DNA of 64,000 nt. It comes from Eledone cirrhosa (lineage: Eukaryota). The notes beneath the pieces were generated by a model, which made no database searches, was not told the origin of the DNA, and saw only the letters and a program-made list of their open reading frames with translations. Position 1 is the stretch's first letter, and every line of letters begins with the position of its first letter. The stretch spans positions 241,180,001-241,244,000 of the forward strand of contig OZ024743.1 in NCBI GenBank assembly GCA_964016885.1. The letters run 5' to 3'. Below are positions 11,949 through 25,395 of this stretch, piece after piece. The position numbers and the translations under genes are program-made.

Positions 11949-14900
11949 TTACAGACACATACTCAGAGAAGGCCCATTCATTCGGGCCATACTTGCTTCT
12001 CTCACCCATCTTTCAACAAAATGCTGGGAAGAGAGCACTTCCCTCTCTACCCTGATTTTCCTTTTCAAATGAAATTTGAAAAAGTTAATCAGGGCATCAC
12101 CGAAGAGGTAAGTGCTCGTCTTCAGCCCTTTCAAACGTGTCCACCATACTATCTCTTTCGCCATGGCCACCAGACAGATAAAAACTGCCTGCCCTTCCTG
12201 GCTAAAGGAAGGGGGCGGGGCAATCCTCACGATGGACTCAGCTGATAGCTGGATCCGTCCTACACGTGACAGCAGGTGTTCGACATAAACCCACAAGTCA
12301 GCAATGCTCGGACACTGGACGAGTGCGTGCAGGACGGTTTCGTCGCCCTGCGCGCATCTCGGACATGCCCGACTGACGGCACCTCCATGCCTGTAGAGTT
12401 TATCCTGAACTGGCAAGGCTCCTCGGTAGCACTGCCAGGCCAGGAATTTCTGGAAGTTGTCCATAGGCCCCGGCCCGAAAGTCCTTCCGAAGAGATTGGC
12501 TAGTTGATTTTCGTCGACGCCTAGAGTTTCTCCAAGTACGTCGTCGCTCTTCCCCTCCACTAATCCCCTATAGAACGCCAAGGTGGAGTTTCCACCGATC
12601 ACATTGCCCGATTGGTCGAGGGCTGTGAGCGCCTGAAGACATTCCAGTCTCCAAGCGCTTCCTCTCGGTCTTCGCTTGACCCAGGACTGCAGCTCCGTCA
12701 AGGAAACGAGCTGGGGAAATACGTGTCTATCAAACGGCGACCACACCTGATCACCGTCGAGGAAGAGGTAGAGATGTCGTAGCCTGAGCGCGTGTCTGCG
12801 CATTATCAGCCACGGCTTGCCCAGCCCTCCACGTAGAGGGTGTTGACAGCAGATGGACCGCCTGACCATCGGAGCGCGTCCCTTCCACAAAAAGCGAAAG
12901 AGCAAACGCTCCAGCGCAGTCAGGCGGGGCTTAGGACAAGGTACGACGGTCAGGCGGTAGTAGATGACGGATGCGATGTAGGCATTCGCCACCTCCGCTC
13001 GACCTTTAAGGGATAGCTTCCTCTCCACCCATTTCTGGGTGAGAGAAGCCACCCTGCTCGTCACCTCGTCCCAGTTTTTGTCCGTCTGGAGGTTTGGACC
13101 GAACCAGACCCCTAGCAATTTAACCGGTCCGTCCGTCCAGCGCCCGACGACGCTGTTGGACGGCATGGACCTGCCTCTCCAGGTGCCGAGCTGCAGGCCC
13201 ACTGACTTTTCCTGGTTGATCATTGCTCCTGTCACCGCTTCGTATTCTCTTAGTGTAGTGCCGATCGCCTCGATGTGTTTGGCGTTCGACACCACTACGG
13301 TGACATCGTCGGCATATGCTGACACGGATCTTCCGCATCCTAGTTCGCGCGGGACCCCCCTCAACGTCTCCAGTTTGTGCAGTAATGGCTCGAGAGTCAA
13401 TACGTACAATAGGGACGAGAGGGGACATCCTTGGCGGACCGAGCGCATGATGTTGAACGGTTCCGAAAGGTGACCGTTCACTCTCACTACAGAGCAGATG
13501 TAGCTGTGCATGGCAGCGATCCAGCCTCTGAAGACGGGCCCAAAGCCAGCCGCCCTCAGGACTGCCGCTAGGTAACGATGGTCGACCTATCGAAGGCTTT
13601 CGACTTATCTAAATTCATCAAAGACCCACCCGTGCCAGGTTCCCTAGCTACCCTCTCTACGATGTCTCGCATGAGGTGGAGGTTGTCGTGGATGGATCTG
13701 TCGGGAATGGCGCATGTCTGTGCCTCTCCCACCAGACCACCAACGACAAGCGCCAACCTCTTTGCTAGCACCTTGGCCAAAATCTTGAACTCTGTGTTTA
13801 GCAGAGTTATGGCCCTCAAATTATCTATGTTATCCCCCTTGTTCGGATCCTTTCTCAGCAACGCCACCGCTCCTCGGCTCACAGAGCTGGGAATTCTCCC
13901 GTTCTGTTGCCAGTTGCAGTAGACGCCCGCCAAGAGGCCTCCGAACAAGTCTGGCATTTGTACGTAAAGTTCATAGGGCAGACCATCCAAACCAGGCGAT
14001 TTACCCCTTGTGCAACTAGTCATTGCATCCCGTACTTCAGCGGTTGTTATCGGCTTTTCGCAACACTCCGCCTCAGTGGCCGAAAGCCACGGCAGTCCGT
14101 CGAGGTAGACACTAAAGTCCATCCCTCGATCCGGCCCGCCACTGCCCCCGAACATTTGAGCGAAGTGTCGCTGAAAAGCTTCACACATTTGCCCGGGATC
14201 GAGTAGCATGCGCCCGTCGTTTTCCACCAAAGACCGGATCGTGGCTTTGTTGCCACGACGCGCCTCCGCCACTCGGGCCCATTGAACGGCTTTCGTCCCC
14301 TCGTGTCTGAGAGCACGCACCCTAGCTCTGACAACGCAGCCTTCGTGCTTTGCATTGAAGAATTGGTCAAGGGCCAATTTCGCCGCAAGTACGTCGGTCG
14401 CGATGCCTTTGCTAAGCGCCTCATCTAATTTTCTAACTAATTCTCCCTCTGCTCTATTTTTCTCTATTGCTAAAGTCTTACTAAACCTAATGGACTCTAT
14501 TCTAATTGCTCTTTTCAGAGCAAACCACCACTTGTTGTTTACGATGGCCCCCGTCAACGCCCGCTTAACTAGTTCGCTAATCCGGTCTCTGTAGGCCTTG
14601 CGCGCTGGTAAGGATGCGTTTAGCTTCCAGTAGCCGGGTCCTCGTCTATGAAGGCTATCTAAGTCAACCACACAGATCACGAATTTGTGGTCCGTGTATC
14701 TGACTACCTTGAATTGTGGACAGCCTATGCTAGACCTATCTATTTCCCTACAAAATACTCTATCTAGATATGATCTGGATGACCCTATGCGATTTGTCCA
14801 AGTCCACATTGGTACATTCGGGAAATCCATTCGGTACCTGTCAGACAGTTCAAAACGTCTGAGCAGGTTGGTAAGACTCTTGCACCCTCCTTCCCTATCC

Positions 14901-15367
14901 ACTAATCCCACACAATCCCAGCGTGCATCTAAGATCCCGTTCCAGTCGCCCACTAACACTAAAGAGCGGGACGTTCCAAGAAAGGTCTCCAGACGCCGGA
15001 AGAAATCAGGCCGCCCTGCTCCTGTCGGGGCATAGACGGCCACTAACCTGAAAGCTTGCCCGTCTCCGCTGGTCACGTCCAGCACCACCAACTTACCTTC
15101 TGGGTCCAGGAAGATGGCCCGTATGGCAAGATCCAAACCTCTCCGAAAAAGCACAGCAACTCCTCCCCCCGATCCCGGACGGCTGGGAGATGCGTACACA
15201 TCGTAGCCGCCGAAGATCGGTGCAAAAGCCTGTGCTTCGGAGATTCTGGTCTCGCTGATGGCCACTTCATCTATGTTTAGTGACCTGAGGTCGTTGAGCA
15301 GGTGGCCCTGCTTCCATGACGATCCCAAGCCACGCGCATTTATGCTGCCTATTCTGAGTGAGGTTAT
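11949..15367 (-). CDS. Tx1/L1 ORF2: APE + RT + C-terminal CCHC, with one frameshift near 13585
   Basis: ORFs 13568-15328 and 11949-13511 join at KAFDR/VDHRY. Motifs AYADD and CPRC..HALVQC. The codon matching copy A's ATG is ATA. Confidence 0.9.
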
Positions 15368-15401
15368 GTTGAAAAGGAGTGGAAAAGATGGGAAAGACCA
15401 C

Positions 15402-17269
15402 TTACCTTACTTCTCGTAGGGGAAGGACGGTTTTTCCATCCTTTTCACTGCTTGTGGCCTCCTCAGGAAGGATGTCCTTATAAATCCTCCTGGAGAGTGC
15501 TTGTCGGAAGTCTCCGATGTCTTTGGGGAATTTTTGTTTTAGTGTCATGTACGTTTTCTGTGTGATGCGAGTGATTTGTATGTGTGGAGGTGGTGTGAAT
15601 TTTTGGGTTGTTGTGTAGTCTTTTTCTGTGATGCTGGTGTTGTGTTGGATGTAGTGTAATAATTGCTTGTTGTTCAAATTTAATGCTGTGTAGTGTGTAT
15701 CGTTTTGGTTGTTTTGTTTTGTTTGCTTTTGTTGTGGGTTTGTTTCTGTTTCGCATTTTGGTGACTTTTGTGGTGTAGGTGATGGTGGTGCTGGGGTTAA
15801 TGATGGTGATGGTGTTGGTGTTTGGGTTGATGGGGTTGGTGATGCTGGTGTGGATGGTGGCATACCTGTCCTAACTTTTTTGTTTCTTAATTTATTTGTT
15901 TCCCTCTGTATTTTGTTTTTGGAGGGAGAAGGAAGAGAATTTTTTCTTTTTTGGTTTCTTTTTTTTTTCCGGATATCGTTTCCCACTCCTCGTCGTCACA
16001 ATCTGTCTCCAGTTGTGATAGGCCGGGGAGTGGAAAATCCTCCACAGGCGTTAGTTTTGGTTGTGGTGTGGTGGATGGTGTAGGCGCTGGTGCTAGTTCT
16101 GAAGCGTTGGGTGGTGGTGGTGTTGGTCTTGCTGGTGGTGGTAGTGGTGTTGGTTTTGCTACTGTTGCTGGGGTTGTTGCTGTTATAGTTGCTTCTGTTG
16201 TTGCTGCTACAGTTGTTGCTGCCATCTCTGCTACTGGTGGTGTTGATGGTTGTGTCACTGGGGTGGGTAGGAGAGGTGGCCTCAACCTTTTAGCCTGAGG
16301 GCAGAAAGCCCTTAGGTGGGTTCCTTCACCACAAACGACACACCTAGGTCTTCTGCCCTCGACAATTACCGTGAGGTGGCTGCGGTCAGTGAGGTCTATT
16401 ACCTCTGGGATCTCCTCAATGCTTTTTTGGTCCGCTTGGATCAGGCGCTCCATCCCAGATCCGGACCAGTTTTCCTGCTTTTCTTTTGCTATTGCTATTA
16501 TTTTCGTGTTGGCTTCGATGCCGGCGAGGACAGCCGCTATTAGCCAGGGAATTTCGATGGCCGGTGGAACGTGGGTCACCCTGATCTTTACGAGTCTCTG
16601 GCCACAATAGCTTGGGACGAGTGTGAAGTCGTCACTTTTTAATGGGGCCATGGAGTGTTCTCTAGCCTCCTCTGGTGTTTCAAAGAACACATCCACGGTT
16701 CCATACTTTTGCCCACGTCTGATGTGGGTTTTTCTTGCCCACACATGTCCCAAAGCCTTTTGGATTTGGGACTCGGATGCCCGTTCCACTCGGCGCGATT
16801 TTACATTTATTGTTCTATACGACACGGTGCATAGGCGCCGATGCTCCATTTTATTAGGTGGGGGGTAATGTCATTGTTGTTGTTGTTGCTATCGTTAATA
16901 TTAATTTTAGTTTCAGTTGTGGTGGTGGTGACGTCAGTCGTCTTTGGTGGGGAAGAGTCCATTTTGCTTGATTTCATTTCGACATCACGAGTTAATTTAT
17001 TTTTTTCTTCTTTTGTTTCTGTTGTCGCGGTGGTGGTGGGGGGGGGGGGTTGTCGTGGTGGTGGTGGTGGTGGTGGAGGCTTTAACACCTGCAGTCATTG
17101 GTAATGGCGGGAAATGAATGTCTGCCTGAGACAAATTTAAAATATTGCTACTGCTTATATTTTTTTTAGTGTTGACAAACGTAGTAACATTTACAATGGT
17201 GGTGTCGGTGTGAGGTGTTAATTTGTGAGGAAGGCTTTCAGCTGTTTGGTGCAGAGGTGAATTAGCCAT
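15402..17269 (-). CDS. Tx1/L1 ORF1 (CCHC knuckle), split by frameshifts at homopolymers
   Basis: CVVCGEGTHLRAFC. Segments 16997-17269, 16807-17088, 15887-16849 and 15402-15986 overlap near G/T runs. Confidence 0.8.
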
Positions 17270-17477
17270 TTTTTTTCAAAGAAATTTGTTGATAATAATA
17301 AAAGTTTAAATTTTGGGCTCAAGGCCCCAATCGTTTTGGGTGTCCTTTTCGGAAAACAATGTATGTGCGCTTATAAACAGTTAACAATAAAATTTTCCAT
17401 AAATGACAATTTTTAACAAACGGAAATAACAAACCTTTGCGGAGCTCACGATGATACGATTTACTACGTAGGTCGCC

Positions 17478-17491
17478 AATAATAATAATAA

Positions 17492-17570
<79 letters not shown>
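17478..17570. repeat. (AAT)n microsatellite
   Basis: Direct reading. Confidence 0.97.
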
Positions 17571-17571
<1 letters not shown>

Positions 17572-17572
<1 letters not shown>

Positions 17573-17790
17573 ATAGGCGCACTGGGGACTATCTCCAAGA
17601 GTTTCCAGGGATGGTTAAAGAAAATCGGCCCCTTCACGCTTTTTGGAACGCTTCAAAAGGCATGCTTGCTTGGAACAGCAAGAACCCTCCGATACGTCCT
17701 GAATATCTGAGGCTGCAGGTAGTGGCTTGATATTCATTCCAACGGACTTTCCAGTTAACCAACATCAATGACTGAGATTCAAGGAATAAC
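17572..17790 (+). mobile_element. Short 3' fragment of Dong family 2
   Basis: About 4 mismatches by eye against 11432-11650. Confidence 0.92.
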
Positions 17791-18442
17791 AACAATAATA
17801 ATATAATAACTGGTATGCCTATATATGTATATATATATATATATATATATTTTTTTTGCTTAGAGTAATGTGGAATACGAAAACGAAAAGTGGGTATGTT
17901 TAAGAAGCTGCACAATGCAACTGGCTTAGAATTACCAAGGTAACAAGTCGGAGGGGAATTGAGATGAGTGGGGTTGAAAGCAAATGTAGAATAGCTTCGG
18001 ATTTACTTCATATTATGAAGGTGGGATCCATAGGGGAAGGGATTCGGAGAAATCAGTGATTGCCTTCCTTGTCCCCCTTGACAATGGATGGTAAATCCTA
18101 AAAACATATTTTCTGTTTTATTCTGTCACTGACCACAACCTTCAGGTCAAGGTGGGGAACCATCTTCAAGCGATTTAGTCGATCACATAGAGTTGCATGT
18201 GAGACATAGACATAGAATGATAAAGAAAGATATATTGAATTTGGATTTGTTTGAATGAGTATGAAAAAAGAGGAGGGAGTGGGAGTGGGGGAGACACGAA
18301 AGAAATGAATAGTGGAAATAGTAGAAAAATGATAAAAGAGTGGGTGTTTGATGAAAAGGGAAGAGAGTACGGAAAATATAGAAAGAAAGTGTAAAAGAAA
18401 TGAATGAGGTAGGGAGAGGGAGATGAGTGATATATATAAACA

Positions 18443-18446
<4 letters not shown>

Positions 18447-18511
<65 letters not shown>
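18447..18511. repeat. (GA)n microsatellite in a purine-rich tract
   Basis: Direct reading. Confidence 0.95.
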
Positions 18512-18513
<2 letters not shown>

Positions 18514-20734
18514 CAGAGAGAAAGAGAAAGAGAGGGAGAGATAATTCCAGTAGGAATAACGGGAGAAGGAAAATGAAAGATAGTAATAGATGAGAAAAAG
18601 GATTGAGAAATAAGAAAAGAAATACCAAAATGAAAAGAAAGAGGTAAGAAAAAATATACAATGATAATGAAGAAGGCTGAAAGGCAGATAGAATAAAGAG
18701 GGAGAGGGAAAACGAGAATGAGAAGAGGAAGTGAAAAGAGAGAGGAAAAGAGATAGAAGAGAAAAAGATATAGAAAAACAAGAGTGAATTATTTAGACGC
18801 CATATAGTTGTAAGGTCGTGAACTCTTGAAATCGTCCTTGTTGTTTCCTATAATATATTTTCTTTTGGTTTCTTAGGTAACTAGACTGCTAATTTTGCTG
18901 GAGTTAAATACTGCCTTGAAGGAGAGCATGGGGAAGGATGTTGCCTGGGAGGAGAGAACGGAGGCGGCATAAAAAGAGAGAGAGAGAAAAGTATCGAAAA
19001 GTGGTGGACCTGACTCATACCTGTAGAGTTTGGTAATCGAGGGTTCATAGGCCAATGCCCGAACAATGATTACAGAATCCTGGGCATTACGTAAATGGGT
19101 AGACGTAAAACCGTAACGAACGAAGTGTGAAAGTAAAAGAAAGAAGATCTAGATGGCTCTGGCTTAAAAGAAATGTCTAGTGGTGTACGTTGAGTAGCTG
19201 AGAATGTATATTATAAGCCCCAAAGTATGGTGTGTTCAAGTATTTTCATCCGTAAATATGTGAAGAACATGAAATGGCGATGATGATGTAATATAGAAAA
19301 TATATTGCGAAGTTCAGTAAATTCTCTTTAAATTCTAAGTTCAAATCCCAATGTACTGGACTTCTTATTGTTATTGTTTGTTTCATTATTTCATTAATAA
19401 TTCGTTTAATTAGAATTACGAACAAATGACGTCCTGTATTTTATTGATTTTCTTTACATTGTGATTTCAAATCATGTTTCGAAAATCGGTAATTTTCAAT
19501 GACATTACATTATATATTATTTGTTCTATCTGTACTGTCTGGACACTCCTATGATTATCTGAAATGCCATCAACAAATAAATGCTGAAAATATGTAGCCA
19601 TCAATGCTCACCTTCACCAAACGCAACATAAAAGATAAATAAGCAATTATTCCTCTGCCCTCAAAGAATTTTTGGTTTGTGTCTATGTTAGAAGCCTGGA
19701 GAAGGATAGGCTTAGCTTTGGTTCAAATATTCAAGGTAAGCCATATATTTAGACAGTGCCCCTACGAGTTTATCATGAGTTACAGGCCCATACATACAAT
19801 GTTAAAAACGTTTCTTTATTTTTGCTATTGTATAATTACAAGTCAAATTTTGTCGAGCAACACATATGGTCAAATGAATTCTAAACATGATAATTCCATC
19901 TTATTTCTGTAGATACTGTGTATTCTACACTTTTCAGAGTGTCGGTTCTTTAAAACAGTAGTGTGATTTTTTGTTTTTATATTTACATTTATACTAGGTT
20001 TCGTCTTGTAACTCTACTGTACCGAGAGGAAGAAATGACCCCAACCAACATGAAAGTAAAGAGTTGAGGAATCTATAACGAAAACCCCACAAGACAGAAT
20101 AATGTACTTTAGTTCATATGTAGGTTCTTTCATTGAAAAACTTATCGAATAACTGTTTACCTGAAACTCCTGTGACCCTTGAAAGAAAATAGTTTGAGAT
20201 GACAGCAGAGGAATAAAAGATAAGAAAGAAAAGGGAAGAAAATAGAATAAGTAAGGAAGACAGCAAAGGGACAGAACGAAAGAAAAGGAAAGATACAGAA
20301 AAAAAGAAAGGGAAAAGAAATTAAACTAGAAAGATGATAGAAAAACAGATAGAGTGAAAGAAGGTAGAAATAAAAATGAAGATAGATTTGAAGGAAAAAT
20401 TAATGAAGTAAGAAGTGAGGAAAAAAAGAATTGTTGAAGGAAAATGGAAAAAAAGAAAAGATACAAAGAAATAAAGAATGAAAGCGAAAGAAAGACAGAA
20501 AGAAAGAAGAAAAAGAAGAAAAGTAATAAAAAGGACAGAAGGGAGAAAGAAAGAAGAAAGATAGAGAAAATAAAGATAGAAAGAAGGAATAAAGAAAAGA
20601 AAGAGTAACTGTTCTGTACACGAGAAGGTATTATCGTTTGATTTCATGAATTAACCTTGCCGATTATTAAATGTTCACTTCTGTCCTTTGGACTCTGAGA
20701 TCTGAACCGAAAACATTCTTTGGAATAAATACTA

Positions 20735-20774
20735 ACTACTACTACTACTACTACTAATAGTAGTAGTAGCAGTG

Positions 20775-20845
<71 letters not shown>
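20735..20845. repeat. (CTA)n/(TAG)n microsatellite
   Basis: Direct reading. Confidence 0.95.
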
Positions 20846-20846
<1 letters not shown>

Positions 20847-22204
20847 TCGGTGATGGCGATGTGATAACGATAATGACTGAGAATAGTGATGGCAATGCGG
20901 GTGAAGTAATAGTGGTGATTGAATTTTTAAAAAATATTAATAAATATACAATTCAAAATACAAAAATACATTGTATAAGACGTATAAGGAGGAGGAGGCG
21001 GAGGATGAGTAAGAAGGAGAGCAAGGGGAGGAGTGGGAGGTGGACGGGATGAGGAAAACTATTGTTAACGTTACGTTGGTGTTGTTTTTGTTTGGCTGTT
21101 TTCTTGTCTGTTGTTGTTGCTATTGTTGCTACTGCTGTAAGCGTGCAAGGGTCAAGAATATGGTTTTAGAATTATAGCTCTACAAGAGAACAAACATCAT
21201 AAGATTATGTTACCGTCTCTACCTTTTCTAAGAAAATTAATGTAGTAAATGAAGCACTATGACTTATTAATATGAAAGCGAACTTTCCGCAGAAGATTCG
21301 ACTTGCTGGCAACTTATCTACCTCTATCACGGTCTTCCAGCATTTGAGTATTTAAAGCAAGCGCTGTGTACATATTGATTCTAATTAAGGCAGAGAACAC
21401 ATCCTGCAACGGCATTTTACCCGACGCGCTACCAATTCTGCCAATCGAACAAACTGCGCAGGTTACATTATATTTATGAGTAGCCGTATGAATAGAACAG
21501 AAATAGGAGACGAAAAGGGGGAGAAAAATGGTAGGGAGTGTTCTTGATGTTGGCGGTGGTGATGGTGATGATGAAGTTGCAGTAGTTGATAATGATGAGA
21601 ATGGTAAAGATCAATAAACGCAAAATCAACAGCAGTAGTATCAAGAACAATAATAACATAAAGATAAAGGAAACTAATATAGCACTTATAGAATATTTTC
21701 TTCTATTTTTCTTCCTACCATTAATTCCTCTCGGTAACAACTTTAATTTGTACGAGACAATGAGAATTTGGACGAGAAAGCAAAGAAAGTACTCAAAGAG
21801 CCTTGAAGTAATGTCGGAATCTAAGATACTTTGCTTTTTACTTTAATACTATCCTAAATTAGCACTAGAACAGTTCTTAAGCACTAGAAAGTCGTTGAAA
21901 ATAACGTTGTAGCTAAAACACAAGATTGCGGTGAAATGTTCAACTAGCTTCCGGTTGCAACAGTATATTGTCACACGTTCGTCATTAGCTTTGACCAATA
22001 TATGCATATATACATATATGCATGTATATATGTAATGTCTGAAGTAAGAAGCTTTACCGACAATTTGGCGACATGCCAGTCTTATTAATGCGTCATAAAT
22101 TTATAACAGCGATCAAGTAGTATAAATACTCGCCATAAATGGCTTTTGAAAAACCCAGATGCTAATATTCTTCTTCAGAAGCAAATATATTAATATCGAA
22201 AATA

Positions 22205-22384
22205 ATAATAATGGTTTCAGATTTAGGCACAAAGCCAGCATTAATGGTACTTTATTTTATTAACCTCATAAAGTTTAAAGGCAAAGCTAACCTCGGCGAG
22301 ATTTGAACTCAGAAAATAAAGGACCATTACTCTATGCTGTAACGCATGTTGTACAAGGCTCTACCGATACTGCCAATCCACCAA
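22205..22384 (-). mobile_element. tRNA-derived SINE copy
   Basis: Diverged reverse complement of 42005-42192, including the A and B boxes. Confidence 0.75.
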
Positions 22385-22810
22385 TTATTTCATTTATTTG
22401 CCACAAGGGCCGACATATATGGGACAAATCAAAGATAAGGATAGTGGGGGTTTTACATGTATAAACGTGTTACCAATATAAATAACAATAACAAATTAAC
22501 AATAAAAATAAACCTCCTAAAAAGCCACGGTCACCCTGAACTTTATAGCAAATGTTCCTTCTCCCTTGCTCCCTCCAACCCATGCGCATACTCAGAGCGA
22601 ACCCATTCACTCGGACCATACTCGCTACTTTCACTCACCTTTCAACGAACTATTTGGAAGACAGCATTTCCCCTTCCACCCTAGTTTTCTCTACAAGTGA
22701 AACATGAAAACGTTAATTAGGGCTCAACCCTTTCAAACGAGTCTTTCACATGATCTCTTTCGTTACCATGCAGACAACAACTGCCTGTCCTTCCTGGTTA
22801 AAGAAAGGCA
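22385..22810 (-). mobile_element. Old 3' fragment of the same Tx1-like family
   Basis: ccacaagggccgacatat..gggacaa matches 2683-2710. The adjoining sequence is decayed ORF2 C-terminus (cctgtccttcctggttaaagaa). Confidence 0.75.
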
Positions 22811-24309
22811 ACGGAGCGGAAAACGAATTGGCGGATTTCTTTGCAGTCTACGTACGTAACTATTATTCCCGCTGGTGCATTGTCATGCAGCATGACTATT
22901 TCACATTGTTCAATTTCACTCAGCTACCAAAAATTAGATTACTTGGAATTTAAAAGGCCAGCTTTGTGACACACTGTGTCACACTGAATCTCCCTGGAAA
23001 TTGCGTTTATGGTTTATATGTTAATTTCGATAACTGGATGTTCCGTTGGTCCAACAACTGAAACACTCGTTGTCGGAACGGTCGGAGATCCAACACACGT
23101 ATGGCGTTGCAATTGTATAACGGAGGTCAAGACCGATAGCTCAAATCTATGATCAGATGTGTTTCAACGATGACCATCATTTATTTCTTTTTTAATAAAT
23201 AAACAAGACGGAGAAATGTGTTGTTATGGGTGTAGCTGTATTAGAAACACCTTAAACTGAACTTTCCCGTGATCATACAAGGAGATGAAAGCCCCCGTTA
23301 CGTACACACGTTGTATCGATGCATTGCAGACTTAGAAGTTAATGTAAATTAGCTGTTATCACATGCCGTATGTATCCGGTTATAAACTGAATCTATCGTT
23401 ACCCTCTTCCCACCGACATGAGACTCTCGTTATCTTCATTTCTCAAGCTAAGCTCTTGTCAACTTATTTTAATACTGCTTGCATAAGGAGGTAATTTTTA
23501 GGGAAGGAGGAATGTTGCTTTGGTAAATATTATGAAAAGTGTGTGGATGATTGTGAAAATATTGTGGCTTAATGGTCCTACTTTAATTATGTGGACTGCG
23601 TATCAATCATTGGATTTCATTGGTCTCTAGAAATGCTTGGCAATCCCTATCTCTTCTTCAAATGTATATATATATTTGCTAATGTTTGGAGTTGTGTGTC
23701 GCTTAGATGAATATAAACTCGTTTCTATGCCTTAATCCTTATACAAAACATTGTTATATATGATCTCAACTCTTTTTAAGCCTTTGGCTAGGCATATCAT
23801 AGCAGAAACATCCCCATACACGGTAACCCTACAAATTTCCCGTTATCAAGTTTGCATCAGACAATGATGTCATTATAAGGCTAAATAAAACTACAGAAAT
23901 CTGCTTCTGTAAGGAAGGCGTTTTTCCAATAAAGCTTTCTGATATTTCGAAATTGTTGTCTCAAAATCTGACATTAAACGACAGTTGTTCTACATTTGAA
24001 ATGTCAGACATCATATCACATATATTAGAAGAAAATGGCTATGTTTTAAGTTCTGGAACCAAATTTCTTCGAGCAGTTAGAACGAGTAACTCATCTTTTT
24101 GATAACATATCATGCTCAGAGTAGTTATATTCCATTAATAGCTGATCCAAGCTTTGTATTTCCATATCTATAATAGCCATATCTATAATTCATTTAACTA
24201 ATATATATTTGGGGATATATCTTAACTCTAACTGTGATACCTTGCCGAAGTAAGGTGGTCCTAGGGTATAGGCCTAGCTAATGTTTGAGATAAGGTGGGG
24301 AGATGTTAT

Positions 24310-24970
24310 GATAATAATGTCAATGATGCTGTTAATGAAGATGATGATGATGATGATGATGACAACGTCAACGTCGACGATGACGACGACGACAACGATG
24401 AAGAAGATGATGATGATGCTGATGGTGATGATGACAATGACGATGACAAAGCCGGAGACGAGCGTGAGAATGAGGATAAAGAATGGATGAGGATGAGGAA
24501 TGGGAAGAGGTGGAGAGGAGGGGGAAGTGGAGGAGGAGAGAACTACGAGGAAGAGAGGGAGGTGGTGGAATGATTCAAAGGAAGAATAATAGTAGTAGTG
24601 GTTGTGGTGATAATTGGTATGGTGGTAGTGGTTATGGTGGTGGGGTTAGTCGTGGTGTTGGCGATGGTAGGGATGGTGTTGATGGTGGTGGTAGAGTTTG
24701 CGATAGCAGTGATGGTGGAAGAAGTGGTTGTAATGGCAGTGATAGTGTAGGTAGTGGTTGTGATTGTAGTGGTGGTGATGATAGTGTTAGTTGAAGTGGT
24801 TTAAGTGGTATTACTGGTTATTGTAATAGTGGTAGTGGTAGTGTTACGGATGGTAGTGGCGAGGACAGCAGTGATTTTGTATGCATTGGAGGTGATGGCA
24901 GTGGTGTTCATGGTAGTGGTGTTGGTGTTGGTGGGGATATTGGTGGGTGTGGTGATGATGAGGTGGTTGT
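24310..24970. repeat. Degenerate (GAT)/(GAC)/(GGT) low-complexity tract
   Basis: Direct reading. Confidence 0.85.
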
Positions 24971-25214
24971 AGAGAGAATGGAAGTAGCTGTGCTACCGAC
25001 GGAATTGGTAAATGTTACATTGGTTGTAAAAGCAATCGAGTTGATACAAATAATTTCAAATGTCAAAAGTAAAGAGATTTTGTAACCAACCGAAAGAGTT
25101 AGTGATGACATATGATAACACCCCACATCCACACATACAAACACACTCATCTATCCACACGCACACACATATATATGTATAGGGTGTCCCAAAAATGCGT
25201 ATACATACTTTTAT

Positions 25215-25252
<38 letters not shown>

Positions 25253-25263
25253 TGGGTATATAC

Positions 25264-25301
<38 letters not shown>

Positions 25302-25395
25302 ATACTGACGTATGTAATTTTTTCGCTTCTTATACTTTTTCTTTATTCGGTCATGTTCTACCTGACGATTTATGTATAGGAAACATATAACATAT

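Larger units (their letters stand above)
11705..17477 (-). mobile_element. Full-length L1/Tx1-clade element (copy B) inserted in (AAT)n
   Basis: 5' UTR, ORF1, ORF2 and a 3' UTR with AATAAA; (AAT)n on both sides. Confidence 0.93.

Noticed and set aside
942-16868. Numerous antisense or overlapping ORFs within the retrotransposons
   Set aside because: Shadow frames of real TE ORFs, with no motifs.
24281-24794. Acidic and Gly-rich ORFs
   Set aside because: Low-complexity trinucleotide repeats with no domain or splice support.
25355-25395. CTGACGA..GAAA hammerhead-like string
   Set aside because: Stems I and III do not pair convincingly.
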